From: Chara braunii
Taxonomy: Eukaryota; Plantae; Charophyceae
Reading direction: 5' to 3'
Length of the DNA stretch: 64,000 nt
Assembly: GCA_003427395.1 (NCBI GenBank)
Contig: BFEA01000005.1
Coordinates: forward strand, 4,123,953 to 4,187,952
Position numbers and translations under genes: made by a program. Below, piece by piece: positions 52,941 to 64,000 of the stretch; within the stretch, counting starts at the first letter, position 1; each line of letters starts with the position of its first letter. The notes below the pieces were generated by a model. That model saw only the letters and a list, made by a program, of their open reading frames with translations. It did not search any database and was not told the origin of the DNA.

Positions 52941-54077
52941 TTGCGCGGGGTTTCGAAGCTGTTTTTTTTTTTCTTTTTCTTTTTTCTGTTTTTTTTTTTT
53001 GTTACGCAATAGAAAACAACAATGCCCCCCCCCAAAATATGGGCGTGTAGAGTTTTTTTAGCCCTACACGCCCATATATATATATATATTTTTTTTTCAT
53101 GCGTTAGAAAAATAAAATAAAAATTTTGCACCGAACTTGGCTGGTCGGCCGAGGCCGAACCTGGCCGATTTGGCCATCGGTCGAGGCCACGGCTGATTTC
53201 CCCCCCCCGGCCGCGGTCGGGCGTGCAACATAGCTTCTGCTCTCTCCTCACCATTTTTCTTTCCTTTCCCTTTTTTCACCTTTTCATTTCCTTTTCTCCC
53301 TTTTGGAGACGTGCCATTACTTTCCACTTCCTTCTCAACACACTTCACCTTTCTTGGCGTTTTAACCCCCTTCATCGAGCCACTGCCATCCAGTGTACCT
53401 CTTCTTGCCTCATCATTCCCTAGTTGAAGAGATGTGTCGCCTCCTTCGTTCTTCCTCTGGACCCTTTTGTCCATCCTCTCCCCTCTCTTTCCTATCCGCA
53501 ACCTTTGTTCTTGAAGCGGTTGTCTTTTCTTCTGTTGCTGTACCTCCAGGGGATAGGCTTTTCTCATCTTAACAAGGAATCCTCCCCAGGTGTCTGATTT
53601 TTCTTTGACCCCTTTCACTGCTTCGTATTCTCTTGGTATCACTCTTTTTAACACTTGCTCCAACTTCTCTTCTTCTCCCCATCTTCTATTTTCCGCACAA
53701 AGATTGATGCTATCCTAAAAATCTTCCAGGTTGGTTCCATCGAAGATGATGTCATCCTCGATCTCATCTCTCCTCAAGTCTCCGAATTCAGCCCAGATTC
53801 CAACCTTGAAAGTCATTCACCCCAAACAATCTGTTGCCATATCCTCCATCACTTTTTTGCAGTCCCCAAGTCCTGTCACCTTTTGTAACATGGTTTGAGT
53901 ACCCCAGTCCCTTCTGAAAGCATGTTCTTCAAATTTTCTCAGGAACAGCCTCACATTGTCCCCTCTTTTGTAGATCGGCATCCCTTGAGAATCCTTTGTC
54001 ACCTGCTGCATCCTCTTTCGTCCTTCTCTCCCAGGAATTGTCCTCGAAGGACCCGCCACCCCTCCCTTCTGTGACAT
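50700..54077 (-). pseudogene. Second gag-like ORF downstream of integrase (capsid-like N-terminus, coiled coil, CCHC knuckle)
   Basis: MPIYKRGDNVRLFLRKFEEHAFRRDWG; TWGGFLVKMRKAYPLE; EK-rich coiled coil; CWYCMKEVHRRDEC; frame restored on removing the 51932-53233 insertion. Confidence 0.7.
51932..53233. mobile_element. Non-autonomous DNA transposon, 8-bp TSD (hAT-like), microsatellite-filled
   Basis: TIR CTATGTTGCACGC...GCGTGCAACATAG; TSD CTTCTGCT at 51924-51931 and 53234-53241. Confidence 0.93.
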
Positions 54078-54156
54078 GACTGTCTGTCTCACGGGTCACG
54101 CCTGCACACAGAAAAAGTTCTACAAGATCATCAGTTTTTTTTCCTTCCAGCTTTTA

Positions 54157-57100
54157 TTAACTCACATCTTGTCTCATCTTGAATTTCTTCAGCCTAGATC
54201 CCGAAATCCAATCTTTCATTGGTGTTCCATCCAGTTCTTCAAGTTCATAGGTTCCATTATTTCCCCGGCGTCTGACTCTGTAGGACCCCAACCATCTTTT
54301 GTCTAGTTTCATCGACCATTGTTTCTTCAGTGACGAGTCGTACAACAGTACTATATCTCCGGCTTCTAATGATTCTTCTCGTACACGCGGAAGTTTATCC
54401 CATCTTTCTTTGTCCTTTTCACGACTGTCAGCCACTTTCTCCACTCCTAACTGAATCCTCTCTTCAGTGATACTGATTTGCCTAACTCTGATGTCAATTA
54501 AATCTTCAAGAGGCATGTCATTCTCGAGGTTCTGTCTTCGTCAAGTCTTCACGAAACTTTCTATCGGAAAAGTGGCATGTCTTTTATACCACAAGGTTGT
54601 CGTGGCATAGCTCGTAGTCCTTTTGACCATGATGTTCTTAACAAAGAACACTGTTCGCAAGAACTTTGACCATAGTTTTGGTTTCCCGGCTGTCCACTTT
54701 ACCAGCAAGTTAGTGATGGTACTGTGTCCCCTTTCAACAGGTGCATTTGCTTGAGGGTATGCCTTAGTTGTTTATTTGGCAATAATCCCCAGATCGTCCA
54801 ATAGCTCCTTCACTTCTCCACACGTAAATTCAGATCCCCTGTCCATTGTAAATGCCACCACGAAGGAATATCGGAGGTAGTAATCCTTGATGCATTCAGC
54901 CAAGACGGTTCCAGTCTTGGTCCAGATGACCTTCCCATCGACAAATCCTGTAAGGTTATCTCGGGCATCAAAGATATAAATATAGCCCTTGCTGTCGACG
55001 ACCTTGCTCATTGCATACAAACCCCAAAATGGTGGCCTCTCTCATGCAGTACCTGGACTTAGCTCCGCTCGCCGTAAGGTTATACTCTTGGAACAGATGA
55101 AGCACTTTTCTGAAATCATTGACATGATCCCAAACAAACTTCCTTATGTCAGGTGCAATCTCTTGTTCATTTTTCATCATTGGGCCTTTTACTGCAAGCT
55201 CATCGATATAAGGTTCAATAATTTGTGGACTGATCGGCTGCATAACCCCGACCATACTTCTTTGCACCATGGCTACCGCATGTGTCCATCCTTGGGGTGC
55301 CACGTTCATGTGGATCAGTCCTCTTGGAGTGTTCATCGCAGTTATTGGTCTATCGGTCGGATAAACTGGAAACTGGTCGTAACCAGAGTACAGGTCTATG
55401 AACGAGATAATAAATATTCCTGCACATGCTTCAGAAAGTTGATCAGCGTTGGGAAGCCCTCCAACATCCATAACCGTCACAGCATTCAACCTCTGTAAAT
55501 CTTACACCCACCTGAGTACCCCATTTGGCTTGATGAAGCAGAACCATAGTGAAGCATAGGGTCCGCTAGAAAAATATGCTAAGTGAGAGTCAATCTTTCC
55601 ATCAAGGTATTCCACCACCCTTCTCTGATCATCGGAATTTGGGTATCTGGCTCCTCTAATATTCCAAGGTTGATGTGGAACTGTGTGGATCCGGATCATC
55701 TCGATCTTGTCCACATCCAACCTTCCTCTCTGCTCATCGTTAAAGACATAGACGCAGTGTTTCTCCTTCATTAAGTAGATCACTAACGCGTTTTCCTCTT
55801 TAGTCAAAAACTCAATTTTTCCAATGATCAAGTCTTTCTCAGTCTCTTCATTAATACGGCAGGACTCTGCTCCCTATTTCTCTCTTATTTGCCTTATCAA
55901 TTCTCTCTCTTGTTCATAGTATACTCTTTCTTAATGCGTTACTAAAACTGGAACTGAGTGTGTTTTTTTTGTTTACCGTCTTGTACCTCCTTTTTTCCCC
56001 TTGCTTGAGCCCACCTCTAAAAAATGTTGGCCGCAAGCTTGGGCATACGGTCCCTGCATTTTCTCCTCTCGAGGGGGCGGTCTGTATACCAATTTCATCC
56101 TCCCTCCTTCAGGGTAATCATAGAGTTTGCCTGCCAATGTCCGAATTGCCTCAGGCTCCGCCATATCATAAGCGGATACCATGTACACTGCTTGGTCTAT
56201 GTTGGCAAGACTTAGTGCTAACCCTTCACTTTCTTCTTCCTCATCTTCCTCATCAGATCCCCATTCTAATTTTTTTCTCCTATTTTCAAATTCCTCAAAA
56301 GTATATGACCCAGCATTGAGTCGGTTCTTCGAGCTATGGACCCTATACTTCTACAGGTAATGACCTCGAAGTTCCCATAGGCAGGATTACATAGGATCAC
56401 GAACATAGTCCCATCACGCGTGTTCATGATGAGGGTCTCTGATCGTGATAAGAAGGACATTCCTAGTCATATGGGAAGATCCAGGTTAGGCATGATGTAA
56501 AAGCAGGAGCGGACTCTGACACTTCCTATTTCCACGACTACATTTGATGCAATACCAGTGTATCCTGATTTCCCACTAACCCCATTGAGATACCCAACCG
56601 CACCGAAGCTCATAGAGTTAGTAAAAGCAAAGTTGGCACGTAAGAGAGTAGTGACAGTGAGATTGGGAGATCTAATTCCCAAAGAGGCGAACTGGACAAT
56701 AGTTCGAAGCAAGATTGACTGGAAATATGTGGGAACAGGGTCCATTGATGTCAATATCAGAGGGAAAGGATGTCCTGGGATGGTGGATACAGGAGCAGAA
56801 ATGAACATTATGAATTCGGAAACAACTGAGAGGCTAGGATTAAAGATCGACAGAAGAGCAACTCATTACATCCATCCAGAAGCTTGTTTACCAAATTTTT
56901 TAGGCCCACTCCTTCTTCAATCGACGTCTGGTACCTCCACTTTTTCTTTGATTTTCCCCCAGTCTTCTCCTTTCCTTCCTTAATATCATGCTTTCGCTTC
57001 TTAGCCCTCTGTTAAGTGTGTTTGTCCTCTTCTCCCCTTAGTAATTCATCCGGATCCTCTTCCTCTTCCTCTATATCAATAGAAGTTCCCCCTTGAGGCG

Positions 57101-59204
57101 GCACAGGAGCCTGTGTTGGTTCCTTGGACGCATTACCTCCCTTAGGCTTTCGTGCATTATGAGGGACAAAGTTTCTAAGAGTTTGGTAAGCTGTTTTCAA
57201 CCCAGCAGCCAGAGTGGCTCTCAGAGCTGTGGGGTTAGGGGCTCTCAACTCATCGTCCTCTTTCTCCTGACTCATGGTGAATACATGCGGAATTCTCACT
57301 TCCAAATCCTTTACTTCCTCACAAATATTAGTCATCCTCGTATTTAATCTACTCATCTTATCCATCATGTCTTTCATTCTTCCTAAGGTTTCTCTCGCTG
57401 CCTCTCTACTTACATCGTCTTCCTCTGGCTCAATCTCAATCAGCGGTGCATCCTTTTCTTTCTCACTTATCTTCACTCCTTTCCTTAGTTGGTCACTCAG
57501 CTCATCAACTTCTTCTACCTAAACAAAAGAGTCTTCTTTCTCTTGCCATATACGAAACATGGCTGGAGCGCTGGGTCCGAGTCCTGCAATCCTGATTGCT
57601 TCCTTCCTTGTGCCCCAGGGGATGTTTGGGTCAATCCGGTTCCCTCGTTTATCGAACACATCCCCATCTATGCTTGACGTGATCAATCCGTCCTGCTCAT
57701 CCATCTTTCTAACATGACACCTTTTTACAGTATGTCATTTTATCATGCAATGCGTACATATGCACTAGTTATAATCTATCCAACCTCTCTTGGTCCCTTG
57801 ACCGCTCTATTGCCCATCATTTCTTCCCAATCCCCTACCATAGATCTGGTTATATCCCTGACCATACCCTTGACCATAGCCTTGGTTGTATCCTTGTCCG
57901 ATCTGATTAAAGCTCACCTGCTTATAGTTTCCGGACTGAGCACCTCCTTGATGTTCCGAACTCCCTCCTTGCCCACCATTTCCTCTTCCTCCGAATCCTC
58001 TTCCTCCGTGACCATTTCCTCGTCCTCCATTTCTCTACCCTTACCATGTCTTTGTCCATGTCTCTGTCCCTGAAACTGATTTTGAACTTAATTACCTTGT
58101 GGTGGTAGAGTGTGTTGTGGCTGACCCCCTTCTGCTCCTCGACCTTGTGATGGTCCTGCCCCAGCTTCCTGTACTTGGGGCAAGTTTGGGTACATCCCAA
58201 TTTGACCAAAACCGGGCCATTGACTCCCAAGGTAGTACCCAGGCCAAGCCCCCATAGGAGCCACTACCGGTCAGGACCCAAACTGAGATGCCGGTGTGGG
58301 TGCTCCTGGAGTACTGCGTACCACACCTTGCTGTGGGGTTTGCCCCTTTCCTGTTCCTTGCCTTCTCGATGTCCGATTTTGGTTTTGTTTTTGAGCTTTC
58401 TTAGGCTATGCTACCGCCTCAGATTTCTTCTCTCCCTTACCCCCTTCATTTTCCTCTTCATATCTCCTTTTGTTCGTTGCTTGTTCGACTACCATTACTT
58501 TTCCTGACTCCACTTTATCGTTCCATTCTTTCAACTGTGTTACCATACTGCTCAACACCCCTCCTAGGGCAGAGTCTGCCCCTTGGATAACACCTATCTC
58601 CTTTCTTTTCTTCCTTTCCATTTTCACTTGATGGTGGAATACCTGGTCCAAGTCCCCACATGCCGAGTTTCTCTTTATTGTCTCCCATGACGTCTTTCGT
58701 CCTGGTGCCCCGGGTCAACTCCATAGTCTCATAGGCCGAAAATTTTCCCAGAAAGATAACACATTGCATCTCGTCGGAAGGTCTTGGAACTCGTTCCGCA
58801 ATTTTCTCGAAGGTTGTTGCAAACGCTCCTATTGTAGTGAAATTGTTTCTATTGATGTTGTGGAGCTGGTAGATCGTCAATAGCCCATCTTCCAACTTGT
58901 ACTTTCTCTGCATTTCTTTCTTGACACTGTTCCAATCTCCTTGGTCATCAACCACAATCTTTTCAATCTCGAAACGAAACTCCCACCACACATATTCAAA
59001 CAGTTGGGAAAATTTTTCCGCCGGTGTTAATCGATTGAAGACTTGCTTCAACAACTCAAGCCAATGCGACACCCGTTCTCCTTTGTAGGGAAAAATTTAT
59101 ATCCGGGGTAGCTGAGACCTCTTGACATTTCTATTATCCAGTAATCGCTCGATCTCAGCCGCGGTTATGAACCCTTGTCCTCCTGTCTCATTAACGTCTC
59201 CCAT
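54157..59204 (-). pseudogene. Ty3/Gypsy gag-pol 2, degenerate, with internal inversion and deletion
   Basis: gag 59204-57000 with decayed knuckle CTHC..H..C (~57715-57760); protease MVDTGAE (inverted); RT IDLYSGYDQF, APQG, YIDE; integrase MDRGSEF, VERGH, WLGSY. RNase H and HHCC are missing. Confidence 0.95.
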
Positions 59205-59479
59205 TCTTTCCGCAATTCCCAATAAATTTGTTTTGCACAGGCAAAAACGACGGATTTTCATGTTATTCTCGGTCGTCTTATTTTGTCATTTTTCAAGTTT
59301 TTCCTTTTCCCAAAGATGTTATTCAAAACTCTTTGTACCTACAGTTCTAGCTTGCTTTCTACAACTTCCGACCTTCTCTTTCTCACCAATTGACACCCAC
59401 TAGCCTTTCTAGTTTATGTGCCCTTAAGTAGTACTCCTACTATGTTTTAAATATCCCAGCCGACCTCTCCGTCATTTTT

Positions 59480-60237
59480 AAGACCAAAATGAGATCGACT
59501 CTAGACATTTTTTCGGATTTTCTTCACCATTTCACCCTTCCAATCTCTTCGGCGGACATTCAATCTCCCGTCTATGAGTCGTACACCATCTCAAACATTA
59601 TAGGGATACCATCAATGTATACTTTGATTTTTAGCTCCGCTTTTAGTATCTCCCAATATGTCTGCCTTGGCTCCATAAAATGAACACGGACATAAGCATT
59701 TACTGTGGATAGGATTTTCTCGAAGTCACTATTAGCCAATTCTGGTCTCATTTCCAAATATAGGCAATAGAGAGTCTGAGGTCTAAAAAATTTACATCCT
59801 CTCTGAGGCGCCGCTAGGGCTGCCAAGGCGGCTTGTTCCACGTTTACGTGTCCTTTGAAAACTTCATCAATGATGAATTCCGGAAGAGTGGCTACTATAT
59901 AGCCGGTGGGATACACAAAGTCTGATGCCCACTTTGCTTATATCATTGGCATGACCGGTCGGAATTCTCCCCAACTTGCCTCTTTGATTTTGTCTTCAAG
60001 GACTGTCCCGATAATTAAGCTGTATCGCAATAGGGGTCGACTATGTCCCACTGTCAGGTCTACCCCGTGCATCCTCCATAGATGCGACGAAAGATACAAG
60101 GTTGCCCGTACTATTATACTCTTCTGATCGAGAGTGTGTCCTATTTCTACCTATACAAATGCTTCGGGCCCGATCGAGGTGCCCCACCATGCAGTGATCT
60201 CCTCTTCTCTTTCACTTAGGCCTCTAGGTAATGGCAT
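59480..60237 (-). pseudogene. Accessory 5' ORF copy 2, unknown function
   Basis: TLPEFIIDEVFKG..LYLEMRPELANSDFEKILSTVNAYVR; paralog of the 60783-61399 ORF. Confidence 0.7.
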
Positions 60238-60782
60238 CTTCAACCCTTGTTGAGTACGAACGGGAAGCTCAACCTCGAATCCCTGATTGGCTTAGACATC
60301 TTGGGTGATTTCCGGTGGCTTGAGCGATGCAAAGGAAGAGACAAAAACACACACAATACTTATGTGTGAGTCCTATCAGTAGTGACATATCCTTTCTCTA
60401 TTTTCTTTCTTAAGCCTGCTCGAGATATGAACGTTGTTAGCCTAAGGCTTTCTATCTCTTTATGTCCTACCCTTTTCTCCTCTCAGTATACTCATTCATT
60501 ACTTCTTCCTCCTCGGTCAACTTTAGACAAGCAATTGCTTCCCTTCAGCTCCCTCATCTTCTCCCTTCTTCCCCTCATGCTCTTCTACCATCTCAACGTC
60601 CTTCCCTATCATTCTTACAATACAAACTTTCTCTCTTCTTATTCCATTTTAACTACCCTTACCCTTACCCCAGACCAGCAGTTATAGACCAAGCCAAATA
60701 TGACGGGAATACCATTCACGCAGATCCTCGTGCGTACTTCCTCCTTCAGCTTTTCCCAATACCCAAATTTTTCCTCCATAAA

Positions 60783-61399
60783 TTAAGTTCGGACATATGC
60801 GTCTATGATGGACAAAATGTTGCTAAAGTCACTTTCAGCTAGTTTGGGGTCCATTTCCAGATATAAGTTGTAGATCATATGAGGGGTGGAGAAGTCGTAT
60901 CCTCTATCAGGTACTTTTAATGCGGCTTCAGCGGCCAACTCTATTCTTGCTTGACCATTTAACACCTCATTGATAATGAAATCAGGTAGTGTCGTTCTAA
61001 TGTAGCGGATCGGAAAAACAAAGTCTTCGGTCGGGCGCATTTTGATTTCCTTTATAACTTCTCCCCCTTCTTGCCATCGACCCTCTCGACTCAAGAGGTT
61101 GAGTGCTGCTTCTGCCATCCTTGTAAGTTGTTGTAGATGTTCTTCCCCTTCTTGACTGAGATCCATTTCATGACCATGCCAGAGACGGCTAGACAGGTAG
61201 AGAGTGACTCTCCCACTACGACATTCTTCCTTCGTGTCCCAACTCGTTTCTACCATATAAATGCCTCATTTCCCAACGAGTCCACCCACCAGGACTCGCA
61301 AAGTTCCGCTCTGCGTCTCCCTTTTGGCAGTGTCATTTTTAACCCATCATTGTTCCTAATTGGTGCTTCGACCTTGGAAACCTGCTCTGCGTAGGGCAT
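60783..61399 (-). pseudogene. Accessory 5' ORF copy 1, unknown function
   Basis: TLPDFIINEVLNG..LYLEMDPKLAESDFSNILSIIDAYVR. Confidence 0.7.
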
Positions 61400-62787
61400 C
61401 TTGATCGAATCCGAACAACCTTTTTTTAGTGACCTGTTTATACAAAAGGCAAGACAGGGACAACCCTTTTAATATATTGTTCTTGTCATTACAATTATTG
61501 ACTTCTGATATTTTTACTAAGGAGCAACTCAACTCACGTTGATACCCATTAATTAAAGATCTTTATTTAAATTTTATTCTTGCATTTTACGTCTACTCTT
61601 TTGACTTCCTTAGTTCCTTGCTGGGACTTGTCTTCACCTTCTCTTTTTGCTCCAATTGACTGAGTTGAGCAAGGATTATGAAGGTCCGGATCGGGCACTA
61701 TTATGCCCACCCAGTTAATATACCTTTCCTCTCACCAACTCAGACGGATTATCACATTCAACAAAAAATGAGGAAAGTCTTAGATTTTTCGTGACCTACT
61801 TTCCCCTTATCGAGGCACTCCTCAGATAATCCCCCTGTATAGCAAGTATGAGATCAACCCGCATAAATCAACCTGGCATAGAAAGAATAATGCTAAGGTG
61901 ATACATAGCCTATGGTTTGTTGGCGCGTCCTGAGGTACTACGGGAGGATCAGGTACATATGGCGTTGGAGGTGGAAGAGCCGACCGAGGTGGTTGGGGAA
62001 CTACAGCCAGTTGTTGAAGACGGCGTGTCATGGAAGAGAATGATGAAGAATATGCCATAGGATAGGATCGAGAAGAAGGTGGTTCAAATCGCGGAGGTGG
62101 AGCGTCATAATGCTGCTCATATTTATAAGAATAGTATGTCATTTTCCCAGGGGATGGCGTGCGCTCGCGGAAGTCTTCCTGCTTCCAGCTCCTGATCCGC
62201 GAGGCATGGCTAAAAAACTTTACCTAAAGGAGTATCCCAAGCGCCTAATCACCTAGTGATTAAGGCAATGCCTAAGACTTAGAATACGTATGGATGCGAG
62301 GGAATACGAAAATGACTGTGTAGTATAGGCTATCTGTCTGATGAGCCTCTAATAAGGATGTCGATAAATAGGAGGAAGTGTCACAACCAGAAGGGTCTAT
62401 CGTAGGAAAAAACCTTTGAGCGGTTTTTACGAGACCTGTCAATTTCTATTATGTAAATTGGCTCTTCCGTTATGAAGGCTTCTGTATACTCCCTCTTCAG
62501 CAGGCAAAAGGAACAAGTATCTTCCCAACGAATGAAGTACAAATTAAAACTCGTCGTGATGCTATGCAGGGTACCTCAACTTGCACTCGTCGTGTCTCAA
62601 GGCACTTCTTTCCGACACAAGGCTTGTATCAACAATTACTCTTATTCTTATTCCTACTACCTAGCGGAAGCTTATACACTACTCTACCATTTTACTTCTC
62701 GTTTTGCTAGGGCTTCAATTAACCAGACTCAGGTCCGTTCACATAGGACCCCGGCAGGCAACCGAAGATCCCCGGCAACGGCGCCAC

Positions 62788-63045
62788 CTGTCGCGCGCGA
62801 CGGTCTCGCGCCGTGATGGGGAGCGCTGAACCTCACGGTCGTGTTACGCACGATGTTTTTGTTTGCAAAGAATCAGTCACCACTTCATACCTCTCGCAAC
62901 GTCCCGACCTGTCGCATGGCGTCGTAAGAGGTATAGCACGCGTGCACTGTCGGAGTGGTGACTGGTTATTTTCAAACAAAAACATCCTGCATGACACGAC
63001 CGTGAGGTTCAGCGCTCCCTATCAGGGCGCGGGACCGCCGCGCAT
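62788..63045. repeat. Inverted duplication (~100-bp arms)
   Basis: GGGAGCGCTGAACCTCACGGTCGTG...AGTCACCACT and its reverse complement; single homolog at 37515-37672. Confidence 0.9.
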
Positions 63046-63149
63046 GACAGTGCAATAGTGAGGATCTGTAAATCGTTCGTCGGATTTGTGGGAAGAAGAC
63101 GCCACAAACGATTATCGGGTAGCTGAAAATTCAGGAATAAAAATTCTGC

Positions 63150-63545
63150 AGTGAGAGTTTTGGGCAGTCTGAAAATCATGAATGGTCCTGAAGTGGTGAA
63201 AGGTCCGAAGACCTTGAAAACCACCTGTTTAGGCAGGCTGCATCCTGAAGTGGTAAAGAGTGTCTTGAAGTGGTCAAGTGAGAGTTTTGGGCAGTATGAA
63301 AATCTTGAATGGTCCTGAAGTGGTGAAAGGTCCGAACACCATGAAAACCACCCTTCAACACTTCAGGATGCAGCCTGCCTAAACAGGTGGTTTTCAGGGT
63401 CTTCGGAGTTTTCACCACTTCATGACCATTCAGGATTTTCAGACTTGAATGGTCATGAAGTGGTGAAAGGTCCGAAGACCCTAAAAACCACCTGTTTAGG
63501 CAGGCTGCATCCTAAAGTGGTGAAGGGTGTCCTGAAGTGGTGATG
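63150..63545. repeat. ~127-bp unit in direct and inverted copies
   Basis: GAATGGTCCTGAAGTGGTGAAAGGTCCGAA three times; inverted copy at ~63350-63445. Confidence 0.9.
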
Positions 63546-64000
63546 AAAAATACGACTGTTGTTAACCTTCTCTCGAAGAGGCAAGCCTTGTTGGACCGAC
63601 TGGTAATAGGTTCCCTACGAAGTTTCTCTTGGGGTAGTGGGAGTTGTTAAGTAGCTCACCGGTCACTGCAGGGTCCGCTACTGTCGGAGGCAGCGTTGGC
63701 CGAAGGAGTAAGGTGGGCAGCCGTGGAAGCGAAGCGAGCGCGGGAAAGAGGGCGGAGCAACAGCGGGCGAGGCAGATGGTGGACCGACGTGAGCATCGGA
63801 GAGGCGATAAACATAGCTAGGGGCAGGGGCCGGCGCAGTCGGATACGAGGGAGAGAAGGCAACAGGCTTTGGCGCTTGGTAAAAGCAAGTGAACCTGAAC
63901 GAGGAGCTACGCCATGTGCACCGGCAGAGGAACGAGCCAGGGCGAAAATTAGTAATGGTGGGAGGGAGTAAAACTGGAGATCCGACCAGTTACTCGATGA

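Overview
Eukaryotic, transposon-dominated nuclear DNA from a plastid-bearing lineage. A plastid 16S fragment, (AAT)n/(CA)n/(CT)n/(GATT)n microsatellites and very large Ty3/Gypsy elements suggest a streptophyte alga or plant, possibly Chara-like; this is inference only. No intact host gene is recognisable. Contents: (1) a decayed + strand Gypsy element (~1-12 kb) with extra 5' ORFs; (2) LTR-like repeat blocks (12.3-23.9 kb) interrupted by an 8-bp-TSD DNA element that carries a 91-bp satellite and has been partly inverted; (3) a ~12.5 kb cassette (23.9-36.4 kb) encoding decayed ParB/Srx-like and beta-class DNA-methyltransferase-like domains, a Ulp1 SUMO protease and a convergent Josephin-like + Cys/His-finger gene, with ~19 copies of one 24-bp quasi-palindrome (best candidate for an undescribed system); (4) an array of ~15 hairpins with a conserved C-ACG-G apex (39.0-40.8 kb); (5) a microsatellite-rich zone with four diverged ~320-nt repeats, an 18S fragment and a MITE; (6) a rearranged - strand Gypsy element (~48-62.5 kb) with two paralogous 5' ORFs and a second gag-like ORF after integrase. 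All domain calls are by eye from motifs; no search was run.
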